64,000 nucleotides of DNA. It comes from Macrostomum hystrix. Lineage: Eukaryota > Animalia > Platyhelminthes. The notes under the pieces are model-generated. The model was not told the origin of the DNA. It saw only the letters and a program-made list of their open reading frames with translations, and made no database searches. Of this stretch, positions 54,501 to 64,000 are shown one piece after another. The translations under genes were made by a program, and so were the position numbers. Position 1 is the first letter of the stretch, and the number at the start of each line of letters is the position of its first letter. The DNA lies in NCBI GenBank assembly GCA_950097015.1, contig CATNEN010000003.1, positions 2,480,001-2,544,000 of the forward strand. Direction: 5' to 3'.

Positions 54501-56147
54501 CCAGTAGTGGAAGAACTACACCCCTTACCCTTTGCTCTCCATCGCAAAGCAGCCTAGCAAATGCCAATCCTGCCAAAAGCGGCTTATCAGAATCAGTTTC
54601 ATCTTCAAAGCAGAGATGAAGCCGCTGGACATCAATGCGTTTAACAAGCTCCGGAATTTTTTTGTAGCTGTTTAACCAATCAAATGGCTTCTGTTGTTGC
54701 TGTGCGACTTCTGTTTCATCATTTTTGCCGATAGTGCCAGGTGAAGTTGACCAATTTTCTGTTGCATGATTGCAAGTTCTAGTCTGCCTGCGTCTAACTA
54801 ACAGCTGAACATCTTCCATAGACAGCTCTAAGCCTTGGTTAGAGAATCCTGGCAATGGAACCAGTTTTGATCGCAGCCAGTTCAATTTGTTATTAACCTC
54901 CATGCGGCCAATGCTGAAGTGAACCAAATCCAGGCCTGGTGTAAGCAGCTGGCCTAGTCTCTGCCGCATGTCCTGATTTGTTGAATCCGCATTTGACAGA
55001 TTCAGGATTAGAAATTTACCTGCATTTGGGAATTTAAGTTTGTTAGTGCATACATGCGCAACACCCGGCTGACCCGGCCGAACCGGCCGGGTGAAACGAG
55101 GGCCAAGCAAGGTAAATCACAAAAACCAATCGACCAAGCGCAAAAAAATCAAAGGGGGAACCAAGGGACAAAAAAGGAAGGCATGAAGAAAAGGAAAAAG
55201 AGGGGAGAGAAAAAGAGAGCAAATGAGAGCAAACTAAGTCATAAATAGAGCAATGAAATGAACTAAGTCGCAAATGAGAGCAAGAACTAAGTCGCAAGGC
55301 CAGCTAAGATTTGGGAGGTTGCGCATGTATGTGTTAGAGGGTAGAAAATATAGATTTTACTTTATAAAGCTTTTTAAAAACTTTGAAGAATCACATTAAT
55401 TTTTAATACTAAATTGTTATCTAGACACACTATGGTAAAAAATACTAACAAGAAACTAGGATCATATTATAGAAGTGATTAAAAACTGAATAGAAAATGC
55501 AGTTCAGAAAAAAACTCATTTGTACATAATTTTGAAGAATAATACAGGGACATATGTTTGTGTACTATAAACTAGGTCTATAATACTTTTCTTTTGTAAT
55601 ATTTTTGCATTTACTTTAGGCAAGAAATCTTAAAACTTGAATTTAGAAAGGAGGAATACAATGCCTAAGACACCTTTAATTGAGTTCTATTATTAAATTA
55701 TAATACCAGAGAGAAGATTAATATCTTCAGTAGACACACACACACACACACAAGTAATGTATCAACATGCAAAAATATTTTTAATAATTATATAAATTGA
55801 TAGTACATATAACTGGGAAAAATTACCAAAGTGCTTTTGGTTTTTGTTTTTGAATGCCAGGCCATAATCCTAATAATTAAATATCTATGTGCTGACTGCA
55901 CTCAGCACAGTTTACTAAGTAACCACATTTAAATTTGTAAATTTAATTCATAACATAGCAAATTAGGCCCTAAAAAATCAGTGGCTAGCTACAAACATAG
56001 TTCAGAGCTGATAAAAACAAAACTAGGAATGTAATTATTTTTAAGAAAAATTTTAGACTACTTACCTTCACTCAGGAATGCTCGAAAGGAGAAATGTTGT
56101 TTAATATAAAACACAATTCCAATGATCAATCTTAAAAATCGAGTCAT
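27511..56147 (-). CDS. Large multi-exon VPS13-like / bridge-like lipid transfer protein (roughly 2,000-2,200 aa); 3' end uncertain
   Basis: Approximate exons: 56147-56066, 55019-54488, 53546-53422, 51940-51744, 46490-46294, 45049-44525, 43987-43651, ~42550-42176, ~41250-40847, 39301-39209, 39100-38287, ~37910-37685, 37603-37356, 37240-37084, 35828-35782, 35351-35241, 33846-32801, ~32600-32120, ~31680-31427, 31303-31152, then possible small exons at 27818-27511. About half the junctions were phase-checked. Exon 2 looks chorein-N-like; IMAPRLILP...CIDLGMLTL matches the VPS13 repeat motif APxIIxP...DLGxL. Confidence 0.6.
27884..31130. repeat. Minisatellite, 24-bp unit TAGTTCACTCTCTAATCAATTATA (~3.2 kb, longest array), with a variant domain at 30948-31130
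   Basis: Direct periodicity; the 546-aa ORF (HSLINYIV)n is an artefact. Confidence 0.97.
31745..32122. repeat. Degenerate intronic minisatellite (AAAAGTACAAA...TAGCC core)
   Basis: Recurrent core with high divergence. Confidence 0.7.
32660..32757. repeat. Short purine-rich intronic repeat (~21 bp, GAGAGGGGTAGGAAAAGT)
   Basis: 4-5 copies. Confidence 0.75.
33906..35150. repeat. Intronic minisatellite, 26-27-bp unit TTTTGGGTCAAGATCCC-variable, with a 531-bp higher-order duplication
   Basis: Near-identical ORFs at 33958 and 34489. Confidence 0.96.
36220..36790. repeat. Intronic minisatellite, ~31-bp unit AAAGGGATTAGGATTTTAATTAGATCCCAAC
   Basis: Tandem periodicity, moderately diverged. Confidence 0.93.
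37950..38278. repeat. Intronic minisatellite, ~42-bp unit with ATGTACATT...ATGGGGTGGGTGTCGATT
   Basis: About 8 diverged copies. Confidence 0.9.
39350..40780. repeat. Intronic minisatellite, 42-bp unit GGTCATAGATCTTGATGACTTTATTTAGGTAGGTAATCTAAT
   Basis: Tandem periodicity. Confidence 0.97.
41300..42170. repeat. Intronic minisatellite, 23-bp units ACCTGAAGAAAGGATTCTGAAGA and ACCTGAAGAAACGATACTGAACA
   Basis: Two variant domains grading into each other. Confidence 0.96.
42610..43615. repeat. Intronic minisatellite, 21-bp unit ATACCTGTGACAGTCTCAAT(A/G)
   Basis: Tandem periodicity. Confidence 0.97.
44178..44466. repeat. Intronic minisatellite, 21-bp unit TACCCGCTGCCTACTTCACGA
   Basis: About 14 copies. 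Confidence 0.96.
45108..46280. repeat. Compound intronic minisatellite: 28-bp unit (15+13-bp dimer of GTGTCTAAT) changing to a 30-bp unit at ~45880
   Basis: Direct periodicity; shared GTGTCTAATCTCATA half-unit. Confidence 0.96.
46545..47490. repeat. Intronic minisatellite, 23-bp unit CACACCGAATTCCCTGAATAAAC
   Basis: Tandem periodicity. Confidence 0.97.
47593..48940. repeat. Intronic minisatellite, 21-bp unit ACAATGATCCCCCAGTTG-type (18-21 bp variants)
   Basis: Tandem periodicity; the 6-aa ORF repeat indicates a mainly 18-bp period. Confidence 0.93.
48958..49431. repeat. Intronic minisatellite, 24-bp unit AGCCATGATTCAGACTCTGGTTT-type
   Basis: Tandem periodicity (23-24 bp). Confidence 0.94.
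49968..51445 (+). mobile_element. Tc1/mariner element (DD34D) with ~113-bp TIRs, inside the VPS13-like intron
   Basis: 49968-50080 is the reverse complement of 51333-51445 with few mismatches; right end CCCCTCG|TA; left TA apparently mutated to GA. Confidence 0.92.
50433..51213 (+). pseudogene. Mariner transposase, internally deleted; catalytic domain open
   Basis: IVTGDETW, HDNARPH, YSPDLAPAD with 34 residues between the 2nd and 3rd Asp; N-terminus (MDVRSKEGQRHAI) and HTH remnant (EDCRMTVREIADRL) lie in other frames; WVPHEL-type linker absent. Confidence 0.9.
51975..53325. repeat. Intronic purine-rich minisatellite, ~20-21-bp unit GGATTAGGAGACGGGGAAAA
   Basis: Tandem periodicity with recurring variant blocks. 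Confidence 0.96.
54195..54470. repeat. Intronic degenerate minisatellite (TCAAATCTACACTCTACCCTACCTTTCCTA core)
   Basis: About 5 dimeric copies. Confidence 0.85.
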
Positions 56148-57724
56148 TTTTTGTAGCAAAAAAATATATAACTAACTTGACTCGAGATCGACGAGAACTT
56201 CCAGCAAAATTTGATCTAATACACAAGTTTTATAATTGCTATTAACTTAAGTTACGGATCGATTAAGTTCCTTATGGTATCAACCCAAACCCAATGAAAG
56301 GTTGATAGTATTGACATCGGCTAACACAGACGCAAAACCGACTAATGAGGCATACGCATACAATCCATACATACATACATAGAGATTACATAAGACGCGA
56401 TCTGATTTTAAATTATCTTTAATAAAGTAAAGAAAGAAGTAAAAGCAATTAACCAAAAAAAATTCGCAATTACAGACAGATGAAAGCCTACACGAACCGA
56501 GAATCAAATTACGTTTCGTAGAATAGTTCCTAGAAAAAAAATTAAACATGTGCCTAGAACAGCACAGCATATATAACGACATCAAATCTAGAGATGTTAT
56601 ACAGACTTAAGCCTTAAGCCCTTTAAAGAAATTTTTGCAAGATTTAATTAGAAAGCTCTTGTAAAATTTTGTATCAACTTTTTCTAACCGTGCTATTGCG
56701 TACATATAGCCTGCGTAAGTCAGATTTTTCTTTGCTTTAATTTATTCGCTACAGAATGCTATAACAAAATGACGCTTGTTTTAGAAGAATCCTGTTACAG
56801 AGCTTAAAAAATCTTTAATGTTTTAAATATCTTAATCTGTGTGTTTTTAATAACTTGACTCACTAAATATGGTAATTGCTGTGTTTACACTACACATTTT
56901 CGACAATGCAGTTACGTGTGAAAAGGTTGCTAATAATAATGTTAACCCACTTAGCCTTATTGCCTTCATAATCGTATATAGTTAATTTGTTGCTAGGTTA
57001 TTACACTAATACACTCCAAAAGTGCATGCCAACTAAGATCACTAGATAACAGTGAAAATTGCTCACAGCTACTTGAGCACAACAAAAGTAGGGCCTAAAC
57101 CTTCACTATTTGGTAGGCCTAGGCTCGGTCCATATATATATTTATGTAGCTTTGTTGTATACAAAGATCAGACAGATTTTTATTAACTCTTTTGAGTATT
57201 GTAAGACAAGCAGTTAACGCGTTTCTTCTGTTCGTTGTGAGCTATTGCTTTAACCATAGTCTCTAGATAAAATGTACATTTTATCTATGCATGGGAAATA
57301 CAAGAACATGATGAATAAGACGTGTTTTAATAGATGCAGCATCTTGCTCCAACTACAGTCATTAGGCCTAGTTATTCTCACAATCAGTCTTAAAATTTAT
57401 TACAAATTATCTGTCATAGAAGAAAGGCTGACATATAAAAAGTCCTCTGGCTTATATTCTAGGGTTCTAGCAAATATTATTTTATCTTTTCATGTATGCA
57501 AAGGGTTGTTTTTTATTAATTTATTGTGAAACCTTTAATTTAAATTTGCAGTTGCACCACTCAGACAAAAATCGACTAATTTTTATTAGCAAACTACTAA
57601 AGCTTAGGCCCTACTTCAAACTTAAATCAGTTTTTTTCTTTTAGCATATTAGTGTTTTCCTTATAGAATTTAACTACTTAAAATTACAGTTGTTTTAATG
57701 CACATCATTTCAGCTTCTTTCAAA

Positions 57725-60700
57725 ATGGCATATTCAGCTAGGTAAGTTTGGAATTCAATTATCAGAAACTTTGTAACTAACTGATTGTGGTTATTGTTGG
57801 TAGTGTTTATTAATTTGTATGCAGAACACTGTCAGTAATTCATCAACATTACTAAATAATCTGGTCAACATTTCAGAGGCAGACCACAGTTTATACGCAA
57901 TCCAAGTAATCCTCTGTCATATATGCAACTGTTTCCTAAGTCTATGCGAAAGTACCTGATTGCTTATATGGTATTCTGGATTTTAGTTGGTACCTATTTC
58001 ATTTATACTGGTGAGTTCTTTTGCACATGTACATTGTCTCAGTTCATTATTAAACAACTAAATTGGTATAATTCTTTTATTTTCCAAAGGTCTCGCTGTT
58101 TACTTATTCAAACTGGCCTACGCATCCGTATTTGGAGTGTCAATGAGGCCAATGCACGATATTCTTGGCTATTTTCCTGAAGTCAAGGATGATGCAACAC
58201 GAATCACATGGTCACATGCTACAAATTCCAAGAAATTGCTTCACGATGCACTTAATGGTGAATTAAATGCACTTTTATCCAGATAAAACTATATGGCCTA
58301 CAGAAAAAACGCATTTACTTTGTTTTCTACAGGCGCAAATCGTGTGATGGTTATTGAGTCGGATATTCTCATGAAGGGTGGCGGCACTAGTCAGCAAGAG
58401 CTAGTACCAATTATGGCTCACCCGCCGGCGACTGATTCCGATCTCACATTCGAGGAATATCTGACCAAAGTCATTGCTAGCAATCATACTGTGGGTGTTA
58501 AACTAGACTTCAAGGCTATTGAGGTGGTGGAGCTCTGCCTACAGAGGGTTGCTCGAATGGCTGACCGTATGCCCGGACCTGTGGTTGTCAATGCCGACAT
58601 CCTGCGAGGACCTGGATCTCCCGCTGATAAGGTTTGTTTGGGGCTGGAAACTGATAACAGGTAGGAATTAACCGATGACAGGTAGTAATTAACTGATGAC
58701 AGGTAAGAATAACTGATAACAGGTAGGAATTAACTAATAACAGGTAGGAATTAACTGATAACAGATAGGAATTGACTGATAACAGGTAGGAATTAACTGA
58801 TAACAGGTAGGAATTAACTGATGACAGGTAGGAATTAACTGATAACGAGTAGGAATCAACTGATGACACGTAGGAATTAACTGATGACAGGTAGGAATTA
58901 ACTGATAACGAGTAGGAATTAACTGATAGCAGGTTAGGAATAAACTGATGAAAGGTAGGAATTAACTGATAGCAGGTTAGGAATAAACTGATGACAGGTA
59001 GGAATTAACTAATAACAGGTAGGAATTAACTGATAACAGATAGGAATTGACTGATAACAGGTAGGAATTAACTGATAACAGATAGGAATTGACTGATAAC
59101 AGGTAGGAATTAACTGATAAAAGGTAGTAATTAACTGATAACGAGTAGGAATCAACTGATGACAGTTAGGAAATTACTGATGACAGGAAGGAATTAACTA
59201 TTGACAGGTAGGAATGAACTGATGGCAGGTAGGAATTAACTGATGACAGGTAGGAATGAACTGATGGCAGGTAGGAATGAACTGATGACAGGTAGGAATT
59301 AACTGATAACGAGTAGGAATTAACTGATAGCAGGTTAGGAATAAACTAATGACATGTAGGAATTAGTAGATGACAGGTAGGAGACTAATGACAGGTGGGA
59401 AACTGACGATTAGAAGCCAAATTAGTAACTGAATGTCACCCAACACTGTCACTGTTCAACGCAGGCACCAATAGATCATCGCCGCTTTCTGCGCCTATGC
59501 AGCGAGCTGACGCCTACCGCTCTTTTATCGGTTGGTTGGACAACCGGATACCCGGCTGCGGAGAGCCGCGACAGCTACGGCTGGCAGCACGTGGTGCCGA
59601 TGTGGGAGCTGCTAAATTTGATTAAATCTAAGTCGACATCAGAAACACCTCTAGCTGTCACCTATCCAGTGCGAGCCAGCTTGTTGCCGGGTTCGTTGAC
59701 TCAACTGCACTGGCTCGCTGATAGTATCAACGGCGTGACGTCGTCGTTGACTGTCTGGATGGCGTTGGCGCCAGGCGAGCCAGACCCGGATGCCGCCGTA
59801 TTGCGACGCTACCTCGCGACGCTGGGGTCACAGAGGCTTTTTGTAGATCTGCCCGGCTTCTCCATTGAGTCCATTTCCGGTGCCAATGCTAGCGACACAT
59901 CGGATGTGAGCGATGGGATCATTTCTTTCGTGATAAGTGGACAGATTGGGAATAAGCAATGATTGACAGGTAGTTTGACGAAAGTGGACAGTTAGGTTAA
60001 CGAGATGTTTATATATAGGTTTTAGAAAAGTGAACAGGTAGGTTATAGAAAGGTGGATAGGTAGGTTATTGAAATGTGGACTGGTAAGTTATAGAGAGGT
60101 GGACAGGTAAGTTATAGAAAGGTGGACAGGTAAGTTATAGAAAGGTGGACAGGTAAGTTATAGAAAGGGGGACAGGTAGCTTAAAGAGAGGTGGACAGGA
60201 ATGGTGTTGTGGGAATCTAAAAAACTGTTAATCCTAGAAGGTGGGTTGTAGACGTATGCTAAACAGATTTTTAACCCTCCCCTCTCTACCATAGACATCG
60301 CCGCAGCAGCCGTCGTTTCCATCGAATGTCAGTCTGGCTCCACTGCAAGCTGACGATTGGTCCATCGTGGCATCGCCGGCAGGCCTCAATCCCGGCTTCG
60401 GCGTCGGCGCCGGTTGCGTCGCTGGTCGAGTCGCTCGCCTGTCGTTGCAGTCTCGCCTGACACCGCCGGCGCCAACGTTGAAATCGCCGCTCCGTCTTGT
60501 CGGCGATGCGCAGTTCGCGACGGGCGCCCTAACCGGCGCCGGCGTTAACATCAGCCTGATCGACGGAGCCATTCGAATCAGCATCGACTCCTCCACCAGC
60601 TCGGCTACGATTGTCGAGATCGGCCCGGATGGCACCAGCGAGAGGCAGCGACGAAGGGCAGCGTTAACTAGCCCGCCAAGACAGGCCTGGACTTTGCTGA

Positions 60701-60933
60701 GATACAGTCTGGTCCATTCACCGGATAAGGTCACGGTTGAAGTGGCATTTGGCGATGATGCTACTGTTAGTACTATTAGTAGCGCCAATAGTTTAACTCT
60801 GAGAATGGACGGACTCCTGGATAGTCGGCGAAACCTAGCCTATGCGCCACTGTTGACCGTTGTCGGCGGCGGCGGCGGTGGCTCATCGCCCCTTGTAATC
60901 ATGGCCGTCTGTCATTTGAAACTGATCTCGTAA
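57725..60933 (+). CDS. FAM151: FAM151 / menorin family protein (DUF2181); exons 57725-57741, 57877-58010, 58090-58257, 58333-58631, 59465-59905, 60295-60933
   Basis: All five junctions GT-AG and in phase; family motifs ITWSHATNS, IESDI, PIMAHPP-x2-SDLT, GVKLDFK, NADILRGP, LSVGWTT, VTYPVRA; N-terminal hydrophobic anchor; AATAAA at ~60944. Confidence 0.92.
58650..59405. repeat. Intronic minisatellite, ~22-24-bp unit AACTGAT(A/G)ACAGGTAGGAATT
   Basis: Fills FAM151 intron 4; the 7-aa ORF repeat indicates a ~21-bp core period. Confidence 0.94.
59962..60200. repeat. Intronic minisatellite, 23-bp unit GGACAGGTAAGTTATAGAAAGGT
   Basis: FAM151 intron 5; degenerate at the 5' side. Confidence 0.88.
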
Positions 60934-61519
60934 TTTTAATATTAATAAAATAATATTTTAATAAATTTTTTTTCTTGATTTCAATTGCGTAGCCTTCGGA
61001 TCTTCGGAAATGAAAAAGTTTTTTGTTTGTATCATTCGAAAGAAACATTCTGCTTGACTTTGATTTTAATTTTAATCACTTTTTTCTTCCTTACTAGCAG
61101 CCTTCATAGAGACAAATAGATATGGCTTTTAGTTGAATTTTTTAGTTTTTTGTTTCGATTTATTGTGAATTTGCTTCAAAGCTTCATAAAATTAATGGAG
61201 GATTTCGTAGTCTTTGTTGTTAGAGCTTCGGACCTTCAACACTAGAAGGACGAAACGGGGGGATTTCAAATAGCCACATTTTGCCTTTTTATTCAACCAA
61301 TCGCCATGAAAATCCAGAACACGGGTTTTCCGCTCTATCCGATGAAACAACTTCCTGACTCTCAAGACATCGGCATCGTCCAGATATTCAACGATTCTCG
61401 TCGGGGTGTCCGGTGACAAATAATTGTGCTGATTATCCTTATTCTTATTATACTGAGTCATCACAGTGAGAGACCGTTTTTACAAGCTTTTAAAAAGGTT
61501 GTAGCCTTGTGCTTACAGC

Positions 61520-61866
61520 GTCAGACTCACTACTTGAAGGTCGGGGGTTCGATTCCCGACTCCGCTGTAGCTCCGCGGAAAAATGTCGTTTCCGATGATG
61601 CAATATCACGAAATTTGGTCATTCGGTTTGGGGAACAAACGTGAATCAGGCAGGCAAACACTTTCAAAGAAGTGTTTCAAATACGTGGTTTTTTTACTGC
61701 TAAGCGAGAGGTCGCGAGTTCGTTCTCAGGCCAGAGAAATCGACTTGGATCCCTTGGGTAGGACAATTAATTGTCAACCAGCTGTTAAACTGGTTACTAG
61801 CATTCGCTGAGATAGATATTAAGGTATCTTTAGTGGCCTCTAGTCCATGGACTGAACAGCTGTACC
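61520..61866 (+). mobile_element. SINE remnants: tRNA head (61520-61565) and a diverged body (~61700-61866)
   Basis: ACTTGAAGGTCGGGGGTTCGATTCCCGACTCC matches 15376-15407; CCAGCTGTTAAA and TGGACTGAACAGCTGTAC match the SINE body. Confidence 0.75.
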
Positions 61867-62349
61867 TGTCATTCACAATCTTTTAATCGAAAAATGCACT
61901 TTAGCTGTTGATTATTCGAGAATAGAAAGTGTGTTAATATATTAACTGCAACACTAACTATGTGTTTGTTTTTTGTGTGAAGAATGACTTGAAAAAAAGT
62001 TTCTTTCTTCACTTTGTTAGAAATTTAGTTCATGTCTAATTTAATTTAATTTTAATTTAATTTAAGTGTGCGGAACGTGATACTAGTATCTTATCACGTG
62101 AATACAATACATTTAAAAAAACGTGCTCAACAAGTGCTCAAACAATCCAGATATTCAGACATGATTTGAGTCTTGCTGCTATCAGTTGACTTGTCTAGCT
62201 TGCTGATTATCGGGGTCAGTCGGTGCCAAAAAAGTAGTTCTCACGCGATCGTTGCGTCTCAAGCCACCCCTTTAATAGGTGAGGGCTAAAATATATAATA
62301 TGCCGTATGAAGGTCAAAGTACTGTCTGTGATGCTTTCGGCTTTCATAA

Positions 62350-62553
62350 ACCATTCAGGGTGATGTCGTTGAAGAATTCAGGGTGATGTCGTTGAAGCAT
62401 TCAGCGAGATGTCATTGAACCATTCAGGGTGATGTCGTTGAAGCATTCAGCGAGATGTCGTTGAAGCATTCAGGGTGATGTCGTTGAAGCATTCAGGGTG
62501 ATGTCGTTGAAGGATTCAGGCAGCTGTCGTTGAAGCATTCAGGGTGATGTCAT
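62350..62553. repeat. Minisatellite, 24-bp unit CATTCAGGGTGATGTCGTTGAAG-type
   Basis: About 9 copies (23-24 bp). Confidence 0.92.
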
Positions 62554-62921
62554 TAAATAAAGGCTCCAGCATTCTTGAAGTTTGGCAGTGCCATGTTGAA
62601 TCCATAGTTGCTGAAGCCTCCACTGTTAAGTGCAACACGAGGCGCACAAAATGACATCCTGATAGTCGGAGAACCAAAGTTGTCGATATGGCCGTTAGCG
62701 GCAGGACAAACTGAAAAAAATTTACAAATCAAGCTTACAAAACAACCACTGCTACTAAACGAAGCAATTTTATTGCTTAAAGGCAGAATTTGGTCCTGTG
62801 TTGTAAAATAGGATTTTCCTGCCGTTGGGAGAGAAACGTGCAGCTTCAGCTTCATCGGATCGTTCAGTGAGACACAGCTTTCATTGCGCAGACACAGATT
62901 AGCTGCATTCATTGCGAGCAT
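62553..62921 (-). CDS. Possible coding fragment of unknown product (Cys-containing, CLRNESCVSLN faintly PAN/apple-like)
   Basis: 122-aa non-repetitive ORF with exon-like GC; internal GTAAG...TTTTTTCAG; no family recognised. Confidence 0.25.
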   Translation of the reverse strand: MLAMNAANLCLRNESCVSLNDPMKLKLHVSLPTAGKSYFTTQDQILPLSNKIASFSSSGCFVSLICKFFSVCPAANGHIDNFGSPTIRMSFCAPRVALNSGGFSNYGFNMALPNFKNAGAFI

Positions 62922-63109
62922 TGAAATTCGGCAAAAATCTAATTTGTGGATTCGTGGAAGGCTGTTGTATCAAAACGAAATTTAATTATTTTTATTTAGG
63001 TAAAGCAAAGCTCAATATTATGGATCCGTACCACTTGTTCTTAAACTTACGTGCAACCCGGTAGCTCCTCTAATTTGATCAGGAGATATAATCCTGGGAT
63101 TTTAAAAGC

Positions 63110-63866
63110 CAAGGCTTAGGAAGATGGTGTCCACGGACAGTCAAGACTCAAGAAGATGCTGTCCTTGCATGGACAGCCATCCTTGGACAGGACTCAGGAA
63201 CATGGTGTCTTTCGACATTCAATACTCAGGAGATGGTTCCTTGGACAGTTACGACTAAAGTAGATAGTGTCCTTGGACAGCCAAGAATCAGGACAATGAA
63301 GTCCTTGGACAGTCAATACTCAGGTAGATAGTGTCCTTATACAGTCAATACTCAGGTAGATAGTATCCTTGGACAGCTAAGACTCAGTTAAATAGTGTCG
63401 TTGGATAGTTAAGACTCAGGTAGATGGTGTCCTTGGACAGCTAAGACTCAGGTAGATAGTGTCCTTGTACAGCTAAGACTCAGGTAGATAGTGTCCTTGG
63501 ACAGCTAAGACTCAGGTAGATAGTGTCCTTGGACAGCTAAGACTCAGGTAGATAGTGTCCTTGGACAGCTAAGACTCAGGTAGATAGTGTCCTTGGACAG
63601 CTAAGACTCAGGTAGATAGTGTCCTTGGACAGCTAAGACTCAGGTAGATAGTGTCCTTGGACAGCTAAGACTCAGGTAGATAGTGTCCTTGGACAGCTAA
63701 GACTCAGGTAGATAGTGTCCTTGGACAGCTAAGACTCAGGTAGATAGTGTCCTTGGACAGCTAAGACTCAGGTAGATAGTGTTTTTGGACAGTCAATACT
63801 CAGGTAGATAGTGTCCTTGGAAAGTTTAGACTCAGTTAGACAGTGTCCTTGGACAGCTAAGAATCG
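63110..63866. repeat. Minisatellite, 32-bp unit GGACAGCTAAGACTCAGGTAGATAGTGTCCTT
   Basis: Homogeneous centre, degenerate 5' edge. Confidence 0.96.
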
Positions 63867-64000
63867 GGAAGAACCTTTTTTAATAGAAAACTGCAATAAT
63901 TCAAAATACAATTGCTTCAATTGCATATTTATTTACATGCATAGAAACGTAATTGGCATCCGTGTCTGTCTCGTCAACCCAGCAGCTACGACCTCTACCT

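Noticed and set aside
15850-56147. Trans-spliced operon of three co-oriented minus-strand genes
   Set aside because: Gaps are 2-3 kb and contain an antisense WSC copy and a MITE; not testable without spliced-leader reads
61192-61464. Minus-strand 90-aa ORF as a terminal exon
   Set aside because: Composition is plausible, but I found no convincing acceptor or family motif; left uncalled
1-63866. Tandem arrays as CRISPR arrays
   Set aside because: Units are head-to-tail with no unique spacers, there are no cas genes, and the context is eukaryotic

Overview
This is animal genomic DNA, not prokaryotic. It has spliced GT-AG genes with GC-rich exons, separated by about 31 unrelated minisatellite arrays (10-48 bp units) covering roughly 40-45% of the window. 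That architecture suggests a repeat-rich free-living flatworm such as Macrostomum (inference only). Genes reconstructed by hand with phase-consistent junctions: a small prohormone/neuropeptide-precursor-like gene (+), a BCLAF1/THRAP3-like RS/RGG protein (-), a 5-exon F-box gene (-), a frameshifted WSC-domain copy (+), a ~29 kb VPS13-like lipid-transfer gene (-), and a 6-exon FAM151/menorin gene (+) head-to-head with it. Mobile DNA: an internally deleted DD34D mariner with ~113-bp TIRs, a 484-bp MITE with an 8-bp TSD, and tRNA-derived SINE copies. Nearly all long ORFs inside the arrays are repeat artefacts. The best leads are (1) minisatellite units repeatedly carrying the splice-junction motif CAG|GT, in sense orientation inside four introns, and (2) a candidate poison exon in the BCLAF1/THRAP3-like gene whose acceptor is bracketed by a 20-bp inverted repeat.
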